A stretch of DNA of 64,000 bases, taken from the NCBI GenBank assembly GCA_963822965.1, contig CAWGJT010000006.1, forward strand, positions 832,001 to 896,000. Reading direction: 5' to 3'. The position numbers and the translations under genes are program-made. The notes under the pieces were generated by a model that saw nothing but the letters and a program-made list of their open reading frames with translations, did no database searches and was not told the origin of the DNA. Within the stretch, counting starts at the first letter, position 1. Every line of letters begins with the position of its first letter. Origin of the DNA: an uncultured delta proteobacterium. Lineage in GTDB: Bacteria; Myxococcota_A; UBA9160; UBA4427. Of the stretch, positions 60,767-64,000 are shown piece after piece.

Positions 60767-62176
60767 TCAAACGCGTTCGAGGTAGCGCGCGCGCTCGAAG
60801 TCCGTCACGGCCGTCAGGTGCGCCTGGTTCTCGGCGCGCGCGAAGTGAAGGAGGTGCGCCACCACGACCTGACCGAATGCGCGTTCGACGAACTCGCTGG
60901 CCTCGAAGGCCGCGATCGCCTCGGGCAGGCTCGCGGGGACCTGGGGCAGCGAGGCGGCCGCATAGCCGTCTCCCTCGAAGAGGGGGCCGGGGTCGCTCTG
61001 CTTCTCGATCCCGTCGAGCGCCGCAGCGATGAGCCCGGCATAGACCAGATAGGGATTCGCGTCGCCGCCCGGGATGCGGCACTCGATCCGCAGACCCGCC
61101 CCGTGGCCCACGACGCGGAAGCCGACGGTCCGGTTGTCGTAGCTCCAGGCGATGCACGTCGGCGCGAAGGTGCCGGCCACGTAGCGCTTGTAGGAGTTGG
61201 GGTTGGGGGCGAAGAGCATCGACAGGCTCCGCGCGTGCGCCAGCAGCCCGCCCACCGCGAAGCGGAAGGTGTCGGAGGGACGCGCCTGGGTGCCCGGGAT
61301 CGGATCGCCGCCGTCGCGCGAGAAGACCGAGCGACCCTGCGAGTCCGTGAAGCTCATGTGCACGTGCAGGCTGTTGCCGGCGTGGTGCGTGTCCCACTTC
61401 GCCATGAAGGTGAGGGCGGCGCCCTGTCGGGCGGCGATCTCCTTGGCGGCCAGCTTGTAGATCACGTGACGGTCGGCCATCTCGACGGCAGGCGCGTGGC
61501 GCAGGTTCAGCTCGTGCTGACCGGGGCTGGCCTCCCCCTTGCTGAACTCCACGGGAATGCCCGAGGCGTCGACCTCGCGTCGGAGGGCAGCGAGAACCGG
61601 CTCAGCGAAGCCGCCCGCCAGCAGGTGGTAGTCCTCGTTGTAGGCCTCGTGGGTGCGAAGCCCCTGGTAGCCCTTCTCCCGCGCCTCGTCGAAGGTCTCC
61701 CGAAACAGGAAGAACTCGAGCTCACTGGCCAGCTCCGGCGCGAAGCCCTTCGCCGCCGCGCGCTCGACCTGGCGCTTCAGGATCGTTCGCGGCGCCACGG
61801 CCACCGGCTCGTCGCGCTCCTCCTCCAGGGAGTCGCACAGCACGATGGCCGTCCGGTCGAGCCAGGCCGCCCGCCGCAGGGTGCCCAGGTCGGGAACCGC
61901 TCGCATGTCCCCGTAGCCCTTCGCCCAGCTCGTGAACGCGTAGCCGGGGGTCGGGTCCATCTCCATGTCGGACGCGTAGAGATAGTCGCAGGCGTGCATG
62001 CCGCCGCCGAGGATCTCGTCGAGGAAGAAGCGCGCGACGATGCGCTTGCCCATCAGACGCCCGTAGAGATCGGGAATGGCGGCGATCACCGTCTCGATCT
62101 CGCCGGCCTCGACCAGGCCCAGGAGATCCGCTCGATCCAGGAGCCCGTGGGTACCCGGGAGCTTCGAGCGCGTCAC
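60767..62176 (-). CDS. Glutamine synthetase-family gamma-glutamyl ligase (PuuA-like)
   Basis: D.YGRLMGK, ELEF, GE..PGQHE.N, TFMAK, GNSLHVH, NSYKR, DNRT, ECRIPGGDANPY. Confidence 0.92.
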   Translation of the reverse strand: MTRSKLPGTHGLLDRADLLGLVEAGEIETVIAAIPDLYGRLMGKRIVARFFLDEILGGGMHACDYLYASDMEMDPTPGYAFTSWAKGYGDMRAVPDLGTLRRAAWLDRTAIVLCDSLEEERDEPVAVAPRTILKRQVERAAAKGFAPELASELEFFLFRETFDEAREKGYQGLRTHEAYNEDYHLLAGGFAEPVLAALRREVDASGIPVEFSKGEASPGQHELNLRHAPAVEMADRHVIYKLAAKEIAARQGAALTFMAKWDTHHAGNSLHVHMSFTDSQGRSVFSRDGGDPIPGTQARPSDTFRFAVGGLLAHARSLSMLFAPNPNSYKRYVAGTFAPTCIAWSYDNRTVGFRVVGHGAGLRIECRIPGGDANPYLVYAGLIAAALDGIEKQSDPGPLFEGDGYAAASLPQVPASLPEAIAAFEASEFVERAFGQVVVAHLLHFARAENQAHLTAVTDFERARYLERV

Positions 62177-63696
62177 GCCAGGTCGTCCGCCTCGTCGTCG
62201 AGCGACCGGAAGAGGGAGAGCTGCGGCACCGCGTCCTCCTCGCGCACCGGGACGGGGTACTCGAGCGAGAAGCAGGCGTCGCAGAAGCCCCGCTTGATCT
62301 GCGTGTTCGTGGTCTCGCGCAGCCCTGCGAGCGAGAGGTAGCCCAGGGAATCGGCTCCGATCAGCTTGCCGATCTCCTCGGGCGTGTGGCGGTGGGCGAC
62401 GAGCTCTTCCTGGTCCGGCGTGTCGATGCCATAGTGGCAGGGACCGACCGAGGGCGGCGACGAGATCCGCACGTGCACCTCGCGGGCGCCCGCCGAGCGC
62501 AGCATCGCCACGATCTTCATCAGCGTGGTGCCGCGGATGATCGAGTCGTCGACCAGCGCCACGCGCTTGCCCTCGAGGAAGCTTCGGATGGCGTTGTGCT
62601 TCACCTTGACCCGGAAGTCGCGGATGGACTGGGCGGGCTCGATGAACGAGCGCTGCACGTAGTGGTTCCGGATGAGCGCCGTCTCGTAGGGGATGCCCGA
62701 CTCCTCGGCGAAGCCCAGCGCCGCGGGCGTTCCGGAGTCGAGCACCGGCACCACCATGTCGGCGGAGGCGGGCTGCTCGCGCGCCAGCACGCGCCCCAGC
62801 TCCTTCCGGTAGGCGTAGACGTTGTGGCGCATGAGGTTCGAATCGGGACGCGAGAAGTAGATGTATTCGAAGACGCAGAACGTCTCGCGCACGTCCCGGC
62901 GGAAGGGGCGCAGGCTGCGCAGGCGACCGCGCCGGATCACCACCACCTCGCCCGGCTCGATGTCGCGCTCGAAAGTCGCGCCGATCAGGTCGAGTGCACA
63001 GGTCTCGCTCGCGACGACGTAGGAGCTGCCGAGACGGCCGAGGCTGAGGGGCCGGAAGCCGTTCGGATCCCGCGCGGCGATCAGGCTCTCGTCGGTGAGC
63101 ATCACGATGCTGAAGGCACCCTTCACCCGGGAGAGCGCGTCGATCAGACGATCCTCGAGGGCCTTCTCCCGGGACCTTGCGAGCAGGTGCAGGATGACCT
63201 CGCTGTCGTTGCTCGACGAGAAGATCGCACCACGCCCCTCGAGCTCGCGCCGGATCGCTCCCGCGTTGACGAGGTTGCCGTTGTGGGCGATCGAGACGGG
63301 CCCCCCGTCGGTGTTCGCGCAGATCGGCTGGGCATTGCGGAGATGGCTCTCGCCGGCGGTCGAGTAGCGCACGTGCCCGATGGCGTGACGCCCGTCGATG
63401 CGCGCCAGGATCTTCTCGTTGAAGGTCTCCGCGACGAGGCCCATCGCCCGGTGTGCGGTGTGCTCCTTGCCGTTGGAGGCGACGATGCCGCAGCTCTCCT
63501 GGCCGCGATGTTGCAAGGCGTAGAGTCCGAGGTAGACGATGTGGGGTGCTTCGTCGTGGCCCTGGATGCCAAAGACCCCGCACTCGTCGTGGAAGCGGTC
63601 GGCTTCGTGCGCGACCCGCAGCTCCTCGAGCTCGTCCGGCGTGAGGCGCAGGAAGGAAGAGGGCTCCGAGGGATCGCCTTGGGGGACCGTCATCAC
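62173..63696 (-). CDS. purF: Amidophosphoribosyltransferase (Fe-S, propeptide type)
   Basis: ECGVFG, LQHRGQE, GHVRYSTAG, HNGN, VDDSIIRGTT; Fe-S ligands CVFE, PCHYGID, FCDAC. Confidence 0.96.
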   Translation of the reverse strand: MMTVPQGDPSEPSSFLRLTPDELEELRVAHEADRFHDECGVFGIQGHDEAPHIVYLGLYALQHRGQESCGIVASNGKEHTAHRAMGLVAETFNEKILARIDGRHAIGHVRYSTAGESHLRNAQPICANTDGGPVSIAHNGNLVNAGAIRRELEGRGAIFSSSNDSEVILHLLARSREKALEDRLIDALSRVKGAFSIVMLTDESLIAARDPNGFRPLSLGRLGSSYVVASETCALDLIGATFERDIEPGEVVVIRRGRLRSLRPFRRDVRETFCVFEYIYFSRPDSNLMRHNVYAYRKELGRVLAREQPASADMVVPVLDSGTPAALGFAEESGIPYETALIRNHYVQRSFIEPAQSIRDFRVKVKHNAIRSFLEGKRVALVDDSIIRGTTLMKIVAMLRSAGAREVHVRISSPPSVGPCHYGIDTPDQEELVAHRHTPEEIGKLIGADSLGYLSLAGLRETTNTQIKRGFCDACFSLEYPVPVREEDAVPQLSLFRSLDDEADDLA

Positions 63697-63869
63697 GACT
63701 CCGGACTGCGCTGGGCAGGCAGCCCGACGCAGCGCCGGGCAGGGCGGAGTCTACCGGGCGGCAGCCCGGCGGTCAACGCGCGAGGATGGCGCAACACTGC
63801 GGCCCACAAAGGAAAATTCGCGCACCGGCAGAGCCGGAAGCGGCCCACCCGGGGGCGCGCCCGGGGGGC

Positions 63870-64000
63870 TCAGCGGGGGTCCCAGCGCGATCGGAACTCC
63901 GCCTCGAGGGGCGGCCGCGAGGCCGGCGGTGGAGGGGGCTGCCGGCTCGCATGGCGGGCCTCCCAGAGGCGGACCACCGCCCCGACGACGGTTCCCACCG
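63870..64000 (-). CDS. 3' end of an unidentified gene entering the window
   Basis: Open frame VGTVVGAVVRLWEAR...WDPR* ending at 63870. Confidence 0.35.
   Translation of the reverse strand, partial: VGTVVGAVVRLWEARHASRQPPPPPASRPPLEAEFRSRWDPR

Overview
A 64-kb, very GC-rich bacterial window, probably Myxococcota/deltaproteobacteria-like (inferred from the PilZ-DUF4388 protein, PEP-CTERM-type sorting signals and a Bdellovibrio-type histone). It has three parts. (1) 1-19.6 kb: metabolic and secreted-protein genes, including an acyl-CoA synthetase, a PAS-GAF hybrid kinase, a Rieske oxygenase with ferredoxin, a large beta-propeller/dockerin-like protein coupled to a cohesin-like PEP-CTERM protein, inositol oxygenase, a carboxyltransferase, a K+ channel, PhoX, and a zinc-finger + histone-fold protein at 13402-13926. 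(2) About 19.7-48.3 kb: a decayed, probably tandem, genomic island at tRNA-Gly(GCC). The intact tRNA is at 48239-48314, a 45-bp 3' duplicate is at 19668-19712 and a degenerate copy is at about 45.0 kb. No integrase is visible. The island holds many gene remnants, an IS5-like MITE, an IS66 fragment, and a ~77-bp hairpin element with a XerD-arm-like motif present three times at cargo-module junctions. (3) 48.4-64 kb: core-like genes (UDP-sugar dehydrogenase, pgsA, lytic transglycosylase, nadB, SDR, asnB-like, GT4, PilZ protein, glutamine synthetase-family ligase, purF). Several single-base frameshifts look like sequencing errors, and most long ORFs in the track are GC-rich shadow ORFs. All family calls rest on motif recognition by eye; no searches were run.
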